DNA from: Gemmatimonadales bacterium
Lineage (GTDB): Bacteria > Gemmatimonadota > Gemmatimonadetes > Gemmatimonadales > GWC2-71-9
Length of the DNA stretch: 64,000 nt
Assembly: GCA_039794085.1 (NCBI GenBank)
Contig: JBDIWC010000021.1
Location: 1 to 64,000 of the forward strand
Reading direction: 5' to 3'
The position numbers were made by a program, and so were the translations under genes. Shown piece by piece: positions 1-10,376 of the stretch; within the stretch, counting starts at the first letter, position 1; the number at the start of each line of letters is the position of its first letter. The notes under the pieces were generated by a model. It was given only the letters and a program-made list of their open reading frames with translations, did not search any database and was not told the DNA's origin.

Positions 1-11
1 CCGAACTAGTG

Positions 12-268
<257 letters not shown>

Positions 269-1180
269 CTACCTCCCCACCGCCCCATCCACCCCCATGG
301 CCGTGAAGAGCAGGAACAGATAGAGCAGAGAATACTTGTACATCCGCCACGCCATCGGGGTCGTTCCCGCCTCCTGCAGGAGGCGGACACAGAACCAGAG
401 GAGCCGCCCGCCGAGGAGGATCGCCGCGGCGCCGTAGAACCATCCCTGCCCCCCCGAGAGGGTGGGGAGGAGGGTCAGGGGGAGGAGCATGATGGTGTAG
501 CCCAGCATCATCAGCTTGGTGCGGTGGTCCCCCTGGACCACGGGCATCATGGGAACACCGGCCTTGGCGTACTCTCCCTGTTTGATCAGGGCGAGGGCCC
601 AGAAGTGCGGGGGGGTCCAGTACACCACGATGGCGAAGAGGTAGAGTGCGGTCAGATCGAGCGTTCCCGTCATCGCCACATATCCCACCAGGGGAGGGAA
701 GGCCCCGGCGGCTCCGCCGATCACGATGTTCTGGGAACTCCATCGTTTGAGCCACATCGTGTAGATCCCGACATAGAAGCCGAGACCGGCGAGGGCGAGC
801 CAGGCGGCCAGGGGATTGACTCGGAACCAGAAAACGGAGAACGCGGCACCGCCCAGGCTGAGCCCCCACAGAAGGGCCACCGGGGCGTGGAGACGGCCCG
901 AGGGAATCGGTCGCAACCGGGTGCGGGTCATTTTCCGGTCGATGTCCCGATCGAACCACATGTTCAGAGCATTGGCCCCCCCCGCCATCAGATAGCCGCC
1001 GAGAAGGACCCACCCGATCAGAGCCAGGGGAGGGAGGCCCTCCGTGGTGATGAACATCGGGGCGATCGTGGTGACCAGGAGCAACGAAATGATTCTCGGC
1101 TTGGTCAGCGCGATGAGGTCTGCCAGCAGGGATGGCTGGGGGGGCGCACCCGCTGGTGCGGAACCCGTGGATCGGGACAC
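269..1180 (-). CDS. cyoE: Heme o synthase (protoheme IX farnesyltransferase)
   Basis: LTKPRII, NMWFDRDID..M.RT..RPIPSG and WTPPHFWALA motifs; start moved to GTG at 1180 behind an AGGGAG RBS. Confidence 0.95.
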   Translation of the reverse strand: MSRSTGSAPAGAPPQPSLLADLIALTKPRIISLLLVTTIAPMFITTEGLPPLALIGWVLLGGYLMAGGANALNMWFDRDIDRKMTRTRLRPIPSGRLHAPVALLWGLSLGGAAFSVFWFRVNPLAAWLALAGLGFYVGIYTMWLKRWSSQNIVIGGAAGAFPPLVGYVAMTGTLDLTALYLFAIVVYWTPPHFWALALIKQGEYAKAGVPMMPVVQGDHRTKLMMLGYTIMLLPLTLLPTLSGGQGWFYGAAAILLGGRLLWFCVRLLQEAGTTPMAWRMYKYSLLYLFLLFTAMGVDGAVGR

Positions 1181-1565
1181 CGGTGGGGACTCCCTGGGAA
1201 AGGTGTGATCACAACGGCAACTGGTTCGGGGGCAAAGAAACCGGACGGGACAACCCCTTGTCAAGCTCCGGAGCCCGCCGGAACGGACGGGTGACAGTTT
1301 CCCCGGGGTGAGCGCCCGGCGCGGGATGTCGGAATCCCGACTCATCGCCGAGGGTATGGGGTGTCCCCCGGGCCCGAGGATGCGCGGAGCAGGGACACGG
1401 GATCGCGTTACTCCGTCCGGGCTCCAGGCGTGACATTCTCGTGACCCGGTTCCGCTTGACCCCGTCCGCCATGACAGTAAGTTTACGCCCGGGCCCGGAA
1501 CCACGGTGCAGGCCACAGGGGCTCGATGTCGGCCGATGGACCATCCTTTTCATTGGAGTGCACTC

Positions 1566-4500
1566 ATGCAGCGAGTCGGACGAGTGTTCCGCGCCGGAAT
1601 CCTCGCAGCCCTCACCGTTCTGGTTCTGCCGTCCTCAGGTTCCGCCCAGGGCGTCACAGGGTCGGCCCTTCAGGGCGTGGTGACCCAGGCGAGCGGGCAG
1701 GGAGTCGAGGCGGCGGTGGTGCGCGTACGCAACCTCTCCACAGGCGAAGTGTACGCGATTTCGACCCGGTCGACGGGGCGCTACTTCATCGACTTCATCT
1801 CCCCGGGTGGTCCCTACTCCGTCACCGTGACGGCAATCGGTTTCGAGGCCCAGACCCGGGACGGCATCTTCTTCGCCCTCGGCCAGCGCACCACGCTCGA
1901 CTTCGTGCTCAGTGCCCAGGTGGTGACCCTCGAGGAGATCACCGTGGACGCCGAGCGCGTCAGCAACCTGATCAATCGAGGACGGACCGGGCCCTCTACG
2001 ACGGTGTCCGATTCGCTGGTGGCGCGGTTGCCGCTTCAGGGCCGGAACTTCACGGATCTCATCGCCACCTCGCCACAGGTGTCGGGAACCTCGGTGGCCG
2101 GCCAGAACAACCGGTTCAACAACATTCAGATCGACGGCGGCGTGAACAACGACCTCTTTGGTCTCGCCGGCTCGGGAACTCCGGGAGGACAGTCCGGGGC
2201 GAAGCCGATCTCGATCGAAGCGATCAAGGAGTTTCAGGTTCTGATCGCGCCGTTCGATGTCCGGCAGGGCAACTTCACCGGTGGCCTGATCAATGCCGTG
2301 ACCAAGTCGGGGACCAACACCTTCCACGGATCCGGCTTCGGGTTTTACCAGACCAAGGATATCTCCGGCAAGCGGGATGACCCGGGCTTCGCCGAATTCG
2401 ACATCTATCAGTACGGTGGCACGCTCAGTGGTCCCCTGATCCAGGACAAGTTGCACTTCTTTGTGGCGGTGGACATTCAGCAGCGGACGAGCCCCTTCGG
2501 GAACTCGTTCCAGATCAATGGCGTGAACGCCGCGGAGGACAGTGCTCGCGCCGGTTTCAGTGCCGCCACCGCCGATCGCTTCGCCCAGATCCTGACTCAG
2601 CAGTTCGGGGTGCAAAACGTGGGGTCCTGGCGGGCGCCGACCCTGAGCGAGCCGGACCGGAACGTCTTCGGCAAGATCAACTGGCAGGCGAGTGAGCGGC
2701 ACAAGCTCGAGTTCACCTACAATTTTGTGGACGCGGCGAGGACCACGATTACCCGGGCTCCCACGTCTCCGGCCTTGACCGGCCGGATGCGCGACGGCTT
2801 CGCCCTGTCGGGAAGCGGCCACGCCTTCGACAACCAGACCAACACCGGCCGGGTCAAGGTCACGAGTCTCTTCGGAGATCGGGTGTCCAACGAGTTCCTG
2901 GCCGGCTTCTCCATCATCCGGGACAAGCGGGCCCCTGACCAGCCCGACCTCCCCCTCATCCTGGTCAAGACGGGACGCATCGGCTCCGCGGACGCCTGGC
3001 TCGCCGCGGGATCGGAGCGGTTCTCCCAGCGGAACGTCCTCGACCAGGACGTGATCCAGGTCCAGAACAACACGACGGTCGACTTCGGGGAGCATCGCCT
3101 CACGGTGGGGACGAGCAACGAGTTCTTCACCTTCAAGAACGTCTTCCTGCAGGCGGCGGACGGCGTCTGGGCCTTCAACAGCCTCGACGACCTCGAGGCC
3201 CGGAACCCGGCGGCCTTCCAGCGCCGGGTCGCGGTGTCCCCTTTGCAAGCTCCGGGAACCGCCGAATTCGACGTGGCCCAACTTGGATTGTACGTGCAGG
3301 ATGAATGGATTGTCACGCCCAAACTGACGGTCACGGCGGGGGTTCGCGCCGATGTGCCGTTCATGTCCGGGGCGGTGACGAACCAGGTCATCGTGAACGA
3401 TCCCAACCTGCCGATCGACACCGGGGACATCCCGGACGGGAACATCCAGTGGTCTCCCCGACTCGGCTTCAACTACGACGTCCAGGGCGATCTGAGCACC
3501 GTGGTCCGGGGCGGCGTCGGGATCTTCTCGGGCCGCACGCCCTATGTCTGGTACAGCAACGCCTTTTCGGTCAACGGACTCTCGCAGCTCGAGTTCACCT
3601 GCACCGGGGCCAATGTTCCGGTCTTCACCACCGATGTCAACAACCAACCCGCCGGGTGCCTCAATCAGCCGCCCCCGGGGCCCAGCGGGAATCAGGGGGA
3701 GATCGACTACTTCACCGACGACATCGTCAACCCCCAGAAGCTCCGGGTGAGCCTCGGCATCGACAAGCGGCTTCCCTACGGCTTCGTCGGGACGGTGGAT
3801 CTGCTCTACACCAAGGACGTCAACGAGTTCTACGTCACCGACGAGAACCTGAACGTGACGGGCGTGGATGGCGACGGCCGGACCCTCTACGGCACGGTGA
3901 GCAACCGGACCGGTGGCGGGATCAGCGTGTCCCAGAGCCGGAAGAGCAGCAACATCCGACAGGCGGTTCTGGTGAGCAACAAGTCGGAGGGCCGGGTCTA
4001 CTCCGGCACGATCCAGTTGCAAAAGCAGTTCAGCGACTTCTTCGGGTTCAGTGGCGGGTACACCTGGTCCAACGCCAAGGATCTAATGTCGCTTACCAGT
4101 TCGCAGGCGTTTTCCAACTTCCAGTTCGCGGCGCTCGATGGCACCATCGCGGACCGGAACCTCCGGACCTCCGCGTTCGACCGGCCCCACAACATCACCC
4201 TGTCGGGAACCTTCAACCTGCCCTACAACGTCGGACTCTCGCTGACCTACAACGCGCGCTCCGGCACGCCCTACACCTGGATGGCCAACGGCGACATCAA
4301 CGCCGACGGCATCAGCGGCAACGACCTTCCGTTCATCCCGGCCACCCAGAGCGACATCATTCTCCAGGATCCGACGCAGTGGGCGGCGCTCGATCAGTTC
4401 ATCTCGAGTCAGGAATGCCTCGACGCCGACCGGGGGCGGATCCACCGCCGGAACTCCTGCCGGAACCCGTGGCAGACCTTCCTGAACGGGCGGTTGCAGT

Positions 4501-4766
4501 ACACCATCCCGACCATCGGGTCGCAGGGGCTCCAGCTGATGCTTGATGTCTTCAATCTCGGCAACCTGATCGACGGCGACTGGGGTCTCTTCAAGGAAGT
4601 GTCCCAGTTCGAACAGGGCGGCCGCTTCCTGAACGCCCGCGGAGTCGATGCCGCGACCAAGAAGCCGATCTTCGCCTTCACGCCTCCCAGCGTGATCGAG
4701 CGGACGGTCCTGACCCCCACGCTGTCCCGGTGGCGGATGCAGCTCGGCGCCAAGTACGCCTGGTAA
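1566..4766 (+). CDS. TonB-dependent outer-membrane receptor, Oar-like, with N-terminal carboxypeptidase-regulatory-like domain
   Basis: Signal peptide; LPLQGRNF, GG.INAVTKSGTN.FHGS and SPRLGFNYD motifs; C-terminal QLGAKYAW; ATG 1566 behind GGAG. Confidence 0.9.
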   Translation: MQRVGRVFRAGILAALTVLVLPSSGSAQGVTGSALQGVVTQASGQGVEAAVVRVRNLSTGEVYAISTRSTGRYFIDFISPGGPYSVTVTAIGFEAQTRDGIFFALGQRTTLDFVLSAQVVTLEEITVDAERVSNLINRGRTGPSTTVSDSLVARLPLQGRNFTDLIATSPQVSGTSVAGQNNRFNNIQIDGGVNNDLFGLAGSGTPGGQSGAKPISIEAIKEFQVLIAPFDVRQGNFTGGLINAVTKSGTNTFHGSGFGFYQTKDISGKRDDPGFAEFDIYQYGGTLSGPLIQDKLHFFVAVDIQQRTSPFGNSFQINGVNAAEDSARAGFSAATADRFAQILTQQFGVQNVGSWRAPTLSEPDRNVFGKINWQASERHKLEFTYNFVDAARTTITRAPTSPALTGRMRDGFALSGSGHAFDNQTNTGRVKVTSLFGDRVSNEFLAGFSIIRDKRAPDQPDLPLILVKTGRIGSADAWLAAGSERFSQRNVLDQDVIQVQNNTTVDFGEHRLTVGTSNEFFTFKNVFLQAADGVWAFNSLDDLEARNPAAFQRRVAVSPLQAPGTAEFDVAQLGLYVQDEWIVTPKLTVTAGVRADVPFMSGAVTNQVIVNDPNLPIDTGDIPDGNIQWSPRLGFNYDVQGDLSTVVRGGVGIFSGRTPYVWYSNAFSVNGLSQLEFTCTGANVPVFTTDVNNQPAGCLNQPPPGPSGNQGEIDYFTDDIVNPQKLRVSLGIDKRLPYGFVGTVDLLYTKDVNEFYVTDENLNVTGVDGDGRTLYGTVSNRTGGGISVSQSRKSSNIRQAVLVSNKSEGRVYSGTIQLQKQFSDFFGFSGGYTWSNAKDLMSLTSSQAFSNFQFAALDGTIADRNLRTSAFDRPHNITLSGTFNLPYNVGLSLTYNARSGTPYTWMANGDINADGISGNDLPFIPATQSDIILQDPTQWAALDQFISSQECLDADRGRIHRRNSCRNPWQTFLNGRLQYTIPTIGSQGLQLMLDVFNLGNLIDGDWGLFKEVSQFEQGGRFLNARGVDAATKKPIFAFTPPSVIERTVLTPTLSRWRMQLGAKYAW

Positions 4767-4769
4767 TTC

Positions 4770-5012
4770 GTAGGCGGTAGGCGGTAGGACGGACATCACA
4801 AGGCCCCCGGGAAAATTCCCCGGGGGTTTTGTGCAGGTACGAAGTGATAGGCGGTAGACGATAGGCGGTAGGTGGTAGGTGGTAGGCGGTAGGCTCTCTG
4901 TCCTCTGTCCTCTGTCCTCTGTCCTCTGTCCTACGTCCTATGTCCTATGTCCTATGTCCTCTGTCCTCTGTCCTATGTCCTCTGTCCTCTGTCCTCTGTC
5001 CCATGTCCTACG
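4770..5012. repeat. Heptamer arrays: GGCGGTA (left) and TGTCCTC/TGTCCTA (right)
   Basis: Tandem copies read directly between two convergent genes. Confidence 0.95.
4800..4831 (+). terminator. Probable intrinsic terminator
   Basis: GC hairpin cccccggg-loop-cccggggg followed by tttt, downstream of the receptor stop. Confidence 0.65.
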
Positions 5013-5015
5013 CCT

Positions 5016-6095
5016 CTACGTCCTCACCCGCGCCATCAGAATCACCCCGACGCCGAAGAACAGGATGTTCGGCATCCACGCCGCCAAGGCGGGATCCACC
5101 AGCCCGCCCGAGCCGAAGGCCTGGGTGAGGTTGATGAGGAGGAGGTAGGCCACCGTGGTTCCCAGTCCGATCGCGACGCCGGCGGCGGGCCCCGCCCGGG
5201 GTGAGGTGATGGAAAGAGGAGCCGCGAAGAGCGCGATCACGAAACAGGCGGCTGGCAGCGCGATCTTGAGAGCCCGCTTCACCTCGAGCTTCCGGGTGTC
5301 GTTGTTGCTCCGCCGGAGCATCTCGATGTACCGGCCCAGCTCTCCCCACGCCATCTCGGCGGGATCGCGAGACTCCAACAGGAGGTCCCGCGGTGCCTCA
5401 TCGAGCGCCCGGAGATGCATCCGGTCGAACGCCGTCGCAATGGCGGCACCCTCCGCGGGAATGAGGTGGGTGGCGCCGTGCCAGAGAGTCCACCCCGTCG
5501 AGTCGGCCCAGGTGGCCGAATCGGCAAGGATGGTGTGGGAGGGGACATCGCTCCGTCGGCTGGTCTGGTCGAGCACCAGCCCGACCATCCGATTGGTCTC
5601 GGTGTCGAGGACGTTGACCGTATAGGTCCAGCCGCTGTCGGCCAGGAACACGAAGTTGAACCGGGTGGTGACGGATCGGGCCTGACGCTCCTGCCGCAGT
5701 TCCAGCTGCCGGGTCTTCGCTTCCGTCGCATATTCTCCCACCACCCAGGCCAGGCCCGCCGCCACGAGGGCCGCCCCCAGAAGCGGCACCATCAACCGCC
5801 GAAAGCTCAGCCCGACCGCCTTGGCGGCGGTGAGTTCGGAGTGACGGCTGAAGGGTCCGATGGTGAACACCGTGGCGAAGAGAGCCGCCGCCGGCATCAT
5901 CTGAGCCATGGCCTCCGGTATTCCGTAGACCGAGCTGAGGGCGATGGCCCCGGCACTCACCTCCAAGTCGAGCAGCCGGTTGAGCCGATCGGTCAGTTCC
6001 AGGAGCACCGCCACCAGGGGGAACCCCACCGCCGACAGCAGGAAGATCCGGATCCACGCGCCGAGGAGATACCGATCGAGGATGCCGGGCTTCAT
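5016..6095 (-). CDS. lptG: LptF/LptG family LPS export permease (LptG-like)
   Basis: ILDRYLL N-terminus, SELTAAKAVGLS, LAAWMPNILF; second gene of the pair. Confidence 0.8.
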   Translation of the reverse strand: MKPGILDRYLLGAWIRIFLLSAVGFPLVAVLLELTDRLNRLLDLEVSAGAIALSSVYGIPEAMAQMMPAAALFATVFTIGPFSRHSELTAAKAVGLSFRRLMVPLLGAALVAAGLAWVVGEYATEAKTRQLELRQERQARSVTTRFNFVFLADSGWTYTVNVLDTETNRMVGLVLDQTSRRSDVPSHTILADSATWADSTGWTLWHGATHLIPAEGAAIATAFDRMHLRALDEAPRDLLLESRDPAEMAWGELGRYIEMLRRSNNDTRKLEVKRALKIALPAACFVIALFAAPLSITSPRAGPAAGVAIGLGTTVAYLLLINLTQAFGSGGLVDPALAAWMPNILFFGVGVILMARVRT

Positions 6096-7609
6096 CGCTG
6101 CCGCCGGAAGAGCAACAGGTTCCGCAGAGATTCCCGGAGGTCCGCGAGGTCACCCCCTCGGGTGGTGCCCGTCTCCCGGTTCACGACCAGCAATCCCCAG
6201 AGCCCGAATCCGGCGATGATCACGTTGGGCGTCCACATCGCCACCCAGGGCGGGATGGTCCCCCGGTCGGCCAGGTTCTCGCCCATCGTGAGACCGATGT
6301 AGAACACCGCGAAGATGACGAGGCTCGCCCCGATGACGAGACCCATTCCTCCCCGCGGAAACCGGAGGGCCAGGGCCACGCCGATCAGCACGAAGGTCAG
6401 GCAGGCCAGGGCGATGGCCCATTTCTTGTGGACCTCCACCGCGAAGATGTTGGCCGTGCGCATCTCCTGAAAATAGAGATCCTCGGCGGAGGAGATCTCT
6501 GTGATGCTGCTCAGAAGGACATCCACGGTCCGTCCGCCGGACGTCGTGTCCGCGGGCATCACTTCGGGCACCTGGGGATCCATCCGGACGAGGGGAGCTC
6601 TCTCCTGGGCTTCCGCCGAGGCGGGAGAGAGCAGGTTTCCGAGAAACCGCTCGATGGAGCGCCAGGCCCCGCACGCCGGTGGTGCCGGGTCGCGGATCAG
6701 CGGAGGGGGAGCCCGGGTCTCGGCGAGCCGCATCAGGGCCCGCAGATCCCTCCGCACCAGCGACTCCCGGGTCCGCACCGCCAGGTCGGCGGCCCGGTGA
6801 CCCGCCCTGACCCGGTCCACCATCTCGCAGGAGGTCATCTCGCGGTCGCCCCGGATCGAGGGCGCTCCCCCGAGATCCAGGGTGTTCTCGACATCCCGGA
6901 CCAGGATCACCATGCGCCCGAAGTCGGTGGTCTGCAGCCGGGTCGGTTCCGCCTGCTGGTACTCGAGGGTGCGTCCATGGTGCAGGGTCACGGTCAGGTT
7001 CAGTCGCCCCTCGTCGAAGGCCAGGCCTCCGCTGTCCGCCACGATCACCCGCCGGGCGTTCGCCATCCCCAGGTCATAGAGCACCACTTCGCGAAGGGCC
7101 CCGGTGCCGGCATCGATCCGGCTGGCCCGGAGCCAGTAGGCCGAGGGGAGGATGGGGTTCATGACCTGTTCCCGCAGCGTGAAGGCCGGCTTCTTCATGC
7201 TGATGTCGGTCTGCAAGTCCTTCAAGCGGGCGTTGCTTCGGGGCAGGATCTGATCGATGAACACGAAGGCAGCGACCGCGGTGAAGAATCCGGCGAGAAA
7301 GACCGGGCGCAGGATCTGCCCCACACTGATTCCGCTGGCCCGCATGGCGGTGATCTCGCTGTCCGCGGACAGGTGGGTGAAGGCGTAGAGTACGGCCACC
7401 AGCACCGCCATGGGGAGCGTGAGGGCGATGATGAAGGGAAGGCTGAGGACGAAGAACTCCCCGATCACGCGCCATCCGAGGCCCTTTCCGACCAGGTCGC
7501 CCAGTCGCTTGGCCACCTGGTTCAGGATCAGCATGCTGGTCAACGCCCCGAGCCCGAAGAGGAAGGGGGCCAGAAGTTGCCGGAGCAGGTAACGGCGGAT
7601 CAGGCGCAT
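6092..7609 (-). CDS. lptF: LptF/LptG family LPS export permease (LptF-like)
   Basis: MRLIRRYLLRQ start, DSEITAMRASGIS, EVHKKWAI, AMWTPN; the longer ORF in the track runs through repeats. Confidence 0.8.
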   Translation of the reverse strand: MRLIRRYLLRQLLAPFLFGLGALTSMLILNQVAKRLGDLVGKGLGWRVIGEFFVLSLPFIIALTLPMAVLVAVLYAFTHLSADSEITAMRASGISVGQILRPVFLAGFFTAVAAFVFIDQILPRSNARLKDLQTDISMKKPAFTLREQVMNPILPSAYWLRASRIDAGTGALREVVLYDLGMANARRVIVADSGGLAFDEGRLNLTVTLHHGRTLEYQQAEPTRLQTTDFGRMVILVRDVENTLDLGGAPSIRGDREMTSCEMVDRVRAGHRAADLAVRTRESLVRRDLRALMRLAETRAPPPLIRDPAPPACGAWRSIERFLGNLLSPASAEAQERAPLVRMDPQVPEVMPADTTSGGRTVDVLLSSITEISSAEDLYFQEMRTANIFAVEVHKKWAIALACLTFVLIGVALALRFPRGGMGLVIGASLVIFAVFYIGLTMGENLADRGTIPPWVAMWTPNVIIAGFGLWGLLVVNRETGTTRGGDLADLRESLRNLLLFRRQR

Positions 7610-7710
7610 TCCGAAAACTATCACCCCATGCCCCGGCCTGTCTCCCTCGGCACCTTCCCGGCCCCGGGCGGCCTCCCGGGGACGCCAGGAAGCCCGGCCC
7701 CCTCCCCTGC

Positions 7711-7955
7711 CGGGTGTCAGGTGTTGGGTGTTGGTCCCGAGCCCCCCCAGCCTCCCCCAGCCCCAGGGCATTGGGTTCTGGGTGTTGGGTATTGGGGCCG
7801 GTCGGCTGGGGTTGGGCACAACATCCGGGAGAGGGCTCCGGCATGATGGCCGACATTGCGTCTCGTCAGGCAGGCATTGGTTCACGAGATCGCCACGGGC
7901 CCTCCGGGCCCTCGCGATGACAGCCTCCAACACCCAGCGCCCAAACCCTCCCGCC
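7711..7955. repeat. Intergenic mosaic: GGGTGTT-type heptamers (left), palindromic element end (GATCGCCACGGGCCC..GGGCCCTCGCGATGACAG), C-rich heptamers (right)
   Basis: Similar to elements at about 35030, 38545, 40170 and 44680. Confidence 0.8.
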
Positions 7956-8024
7956 CCGCGTCCCCGGGCCCCGCCCCGCGCAGAAGTGGTACCCCGGTAG
8001 CGGGACAGGGGTGCATTCTCCGGC

Positions 8025-8621
8025 ATGGGTTTCCCAGAGCGCCGGGCGGTTCTCCTCCTCTTCGGGTTGGCCCTCCTGGGCCAGGGGATCATGACGTGGA
8101 GGTCCCGGAGCGAGGTGCGGACCGGGGCCGGAAACCTCCCTGAAGGGGTGTCTCGCGTTTCTCCAGACGCGCAGAGGGTTGCAGCGGTTGCCGCAGATCG
8201 CCCGTTGGCCCCCGGGGAGAAGCTTGACCCCGATCTTGCGACTGTGAAAGAACTTACGCGTCTCCCCGGGGTAGGCCCAACCCTTGCTGAAAGAATCGTG
8301 ACCGACCGGGAGGCGAACGGACCATTCCGGACGTTGGACGGTCTGGAGCGGGTGTCCGGGGTTGGTCCGGCGACGATCCGGCGTCTTGCGCCTTATCTCC
8401 GGTTTGCCGGGGCACCATCCCGGCCGGAACTCGTGGATGTCAACCGGGCCGATGCGGAGGCCCTGGCCACCTTGCCGGGCATCGGTCCCGCCAGGGCGAG
8501 GGCCATCGTCGCCTGGCGCTCGGAGCATGGCCCCTTTCGATCGATGGATTCGTTGGCTGACGTCCCCGGCATTGGTCCGGTACTGGTGGCGGGACTGGCG
8601 GGGCGGGCGGTTGCCCGGTAG
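8025..8621 (+). CDS. comEA: ComEA-family DNA-binding protein with two helix-hairpin-helix blocks
   Basis: N-terminal TM segment; L..LPGVGPTLAERIV..RE.NGPF and LATLPGIGPARARAIV..R..HGPF. Confidence 0.85.
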   Translation: MGFPERRAVLLLFGLALLGQGIMTWRSRSEVRTGAGNLPEGVSRVSPDAQRVAAVAADRPLAPGEKLDPDLATVKELTRLPGVGPTLAERIVTDREANGPFRTLDGLERVSGVGPATIRRLAPYLRFAGAPSRPELVDVNRADAEALATLPGIGPARARAIVAWRSEHGPFRSMDSLADVPGIGPVLVAGLAGRAVAR

Positions 8622-8669
8622 ACAGGTTCGCGTGGAATCACTCATGACGCTCGAGGCAAAGCAGATCTG

Positions 8670-10376
8670 ATGACCGTTGCCGCCCCCGCCGCCCATATCG
8701 GCGAGACTCTCGTCCAGGAAGGGCTGCTGAGCAGACAGCAGCTCAGTCTCGCCCTCGCGGAACAGAAGACCAGTGGGTTCCGTCTCAGCTACCTTGTGGT
8801 CAAGCTCGGGTTCGTTCCCGAGGTCGACGTGACCAAGGTGCTGGCCCGGCAGTTCCGCATTCCGGCGGTGGACCTGAGCCGGTTCGAGTTCGATCCCCGG
8901 TTGTCCCGCCTGATCCCGGCCGACATCGTTCGCAAGCATGTGGTGCTGCCGGTCAAGCGGGACGGCCGGACCTTGACCGTGGCCATGGCGGACCCGACCG
9001 ATCACGGCCTGCTGCAGGACCTCAAGTTCATCACCCGGTTCGATCTCTTTCCGGTGCTGGCCGGCGAGGCCTCCCTGCGGGCGCTCATCGAGAAGCATTA
9101 CGAGACCTCGGAGGAGCAGCTGCACGACCTCCTGAAGGACATGGAGGGGATGGTCGACGACGTGGAGGTGCTGGCGGAGCAGGAGGAGGAGCTGGCCACG
9201 CAGGCCCAGATCGACGACGCTCCCGTCGTCAAGCTGATCAACGGGCTCCTCACCGATGCGGTGAAGCGGGGCGCGAGCGACATCCACATCGAATCGTTCG
9301 AGCACGACATGCGGGTGCGGTACCGGATCGACGGGGCTTTGGTGGAAATCATGAAACCGCCGGTGAAGATGCGGGCGGCCCTCACCTCCCGTGTGAAAAT
9401 TCTCTCGCAGCTCAACATCGCGGAGCGGCGGATCCCCCAGGATGGCCGCCTCAAGATGAAGATGGGAAACCGCGTCATTGATTTCCGGGTCAGCACGCTG
9501 CCCACGCTGTTCGGCGAGAAGATCGTGCTCCGTATTCTCGACAAGGGGAACCTGACCCTCGACCTGACCACGTTCGGGTTCCCCCCGAAGGCGGAACAGG
9601 ATCTGATGCGGGCGATCCTCAATCCGTACGGCATGGTCCTGGTCACGGGGCCGACGGGGTCGGGCAAGACGACCACCCTGTACTCCGCCCTGCAGCGCAT
9701 CAACACGATGGACACCAACATCATGACGGCCGAAGATCCCGTGGAGTACAACCTCCAGGGGATCAACCAGGTGCAGGTGCGCAACGAGATTGGCCTGACC
9801 TTCGCCGCGGCGCTCAAGGCGTTCCTGCGACAGGACCCTAACATCATCATGATCGGTGAGATCCGGGATCTCGAAACGGGGAGCATCGCCATCAAGGCGG
9901 CGTTGACAGGCCACCTCGTGCTTTCCACGCTGCACACCAACGATGCGCCGAGCACCATCACCCGCATGATCGACATGGGCATCGAGCCGTTCAACGTGGC
10001 GAGTGCGGTCAACCTGGTGGTGGCGCAACGTCTGGTCCGGAGGATCTGCAAGGCGTGCAAGGCGCCGGCTACTTACGACGCAGCCGAATACGACACCCTG
10101 GGCGCCGACGCGGCGCGGGCCCGGACCTTCGATCTGTTCAAGGGCACCGGGTGCGATGCCTGCACCGGCACGGGGTACAAGGGTCGCGCCGGTCTCTATG
10201 AGGTCATGGCGCTCTCGCCCGAGCTCCGCCGGATGGTGCTCCGAGGGGCGTCGGTGGCGGAACTCCGGGATCAATCGGTGGCGGAGGGGATGTTGACCCT
10301 CCGCATGGACGGTATCGACAAGATGTCCAAGGGGATCACCACTCTGGAAGAGGTTCTCAAGGAGACGGCGGAATGA
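8670..10376 (+). CDS. pilB: Type IV pilus assembly ATPase
   Basis: GPTGSGKT, AEDPVE, LRQDPNIIMIGEIRD, tetra-Cys motif, MshEN-like N-terminus. Confidence 0.95.
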   Translation: MTVAAPAAHIGETLVQEGLLSRQQLSLALAEQKTSGFRLSYLVVKLGFVPEVDVTKVLARQFRIPAVDLSRFEFDPRLSRLIPADIVRKHVVLPVKRDGRTLTVAMADPTDHGLLQDLKFITRFDLFPVLAGEASLRALIEKHYETSEEQLHDLLKDMEGMVDDVEVLAEQEEELATQAQIDDAPVVKLINGLLTDAVKRGASDIHIESFEHDMRVRYRIDGALVEIMKPPVKMRAALTSRVKILSQLNIAERRIPQDGRLKMKMGNRVIDFRVSTLPTLFGEKIVLRILDKGNLTLDLTTFGFPPKAEQDLMRAILNPYGMVLVTGPTGSGKTTTLYSALQRINTMDTNIMTAEDPVEYNLQGINQVQVRNEIGLTFAAALKAFLRQDPNIIMIGEIRDLETGSIAIKAALTGHLVLSTLHTNDAPSTITRMIDMGIEPFNVASAVNLVVAQRLVRRICKACKAPATYDAAEYDTLGADAARARTFDLFKGTGCDACTGTGYKGRAGLYEVMALSPELRRMVLRGASVAELRDQSVAEGMLTLRMDGIDKMSKGITTLEEVLKETAE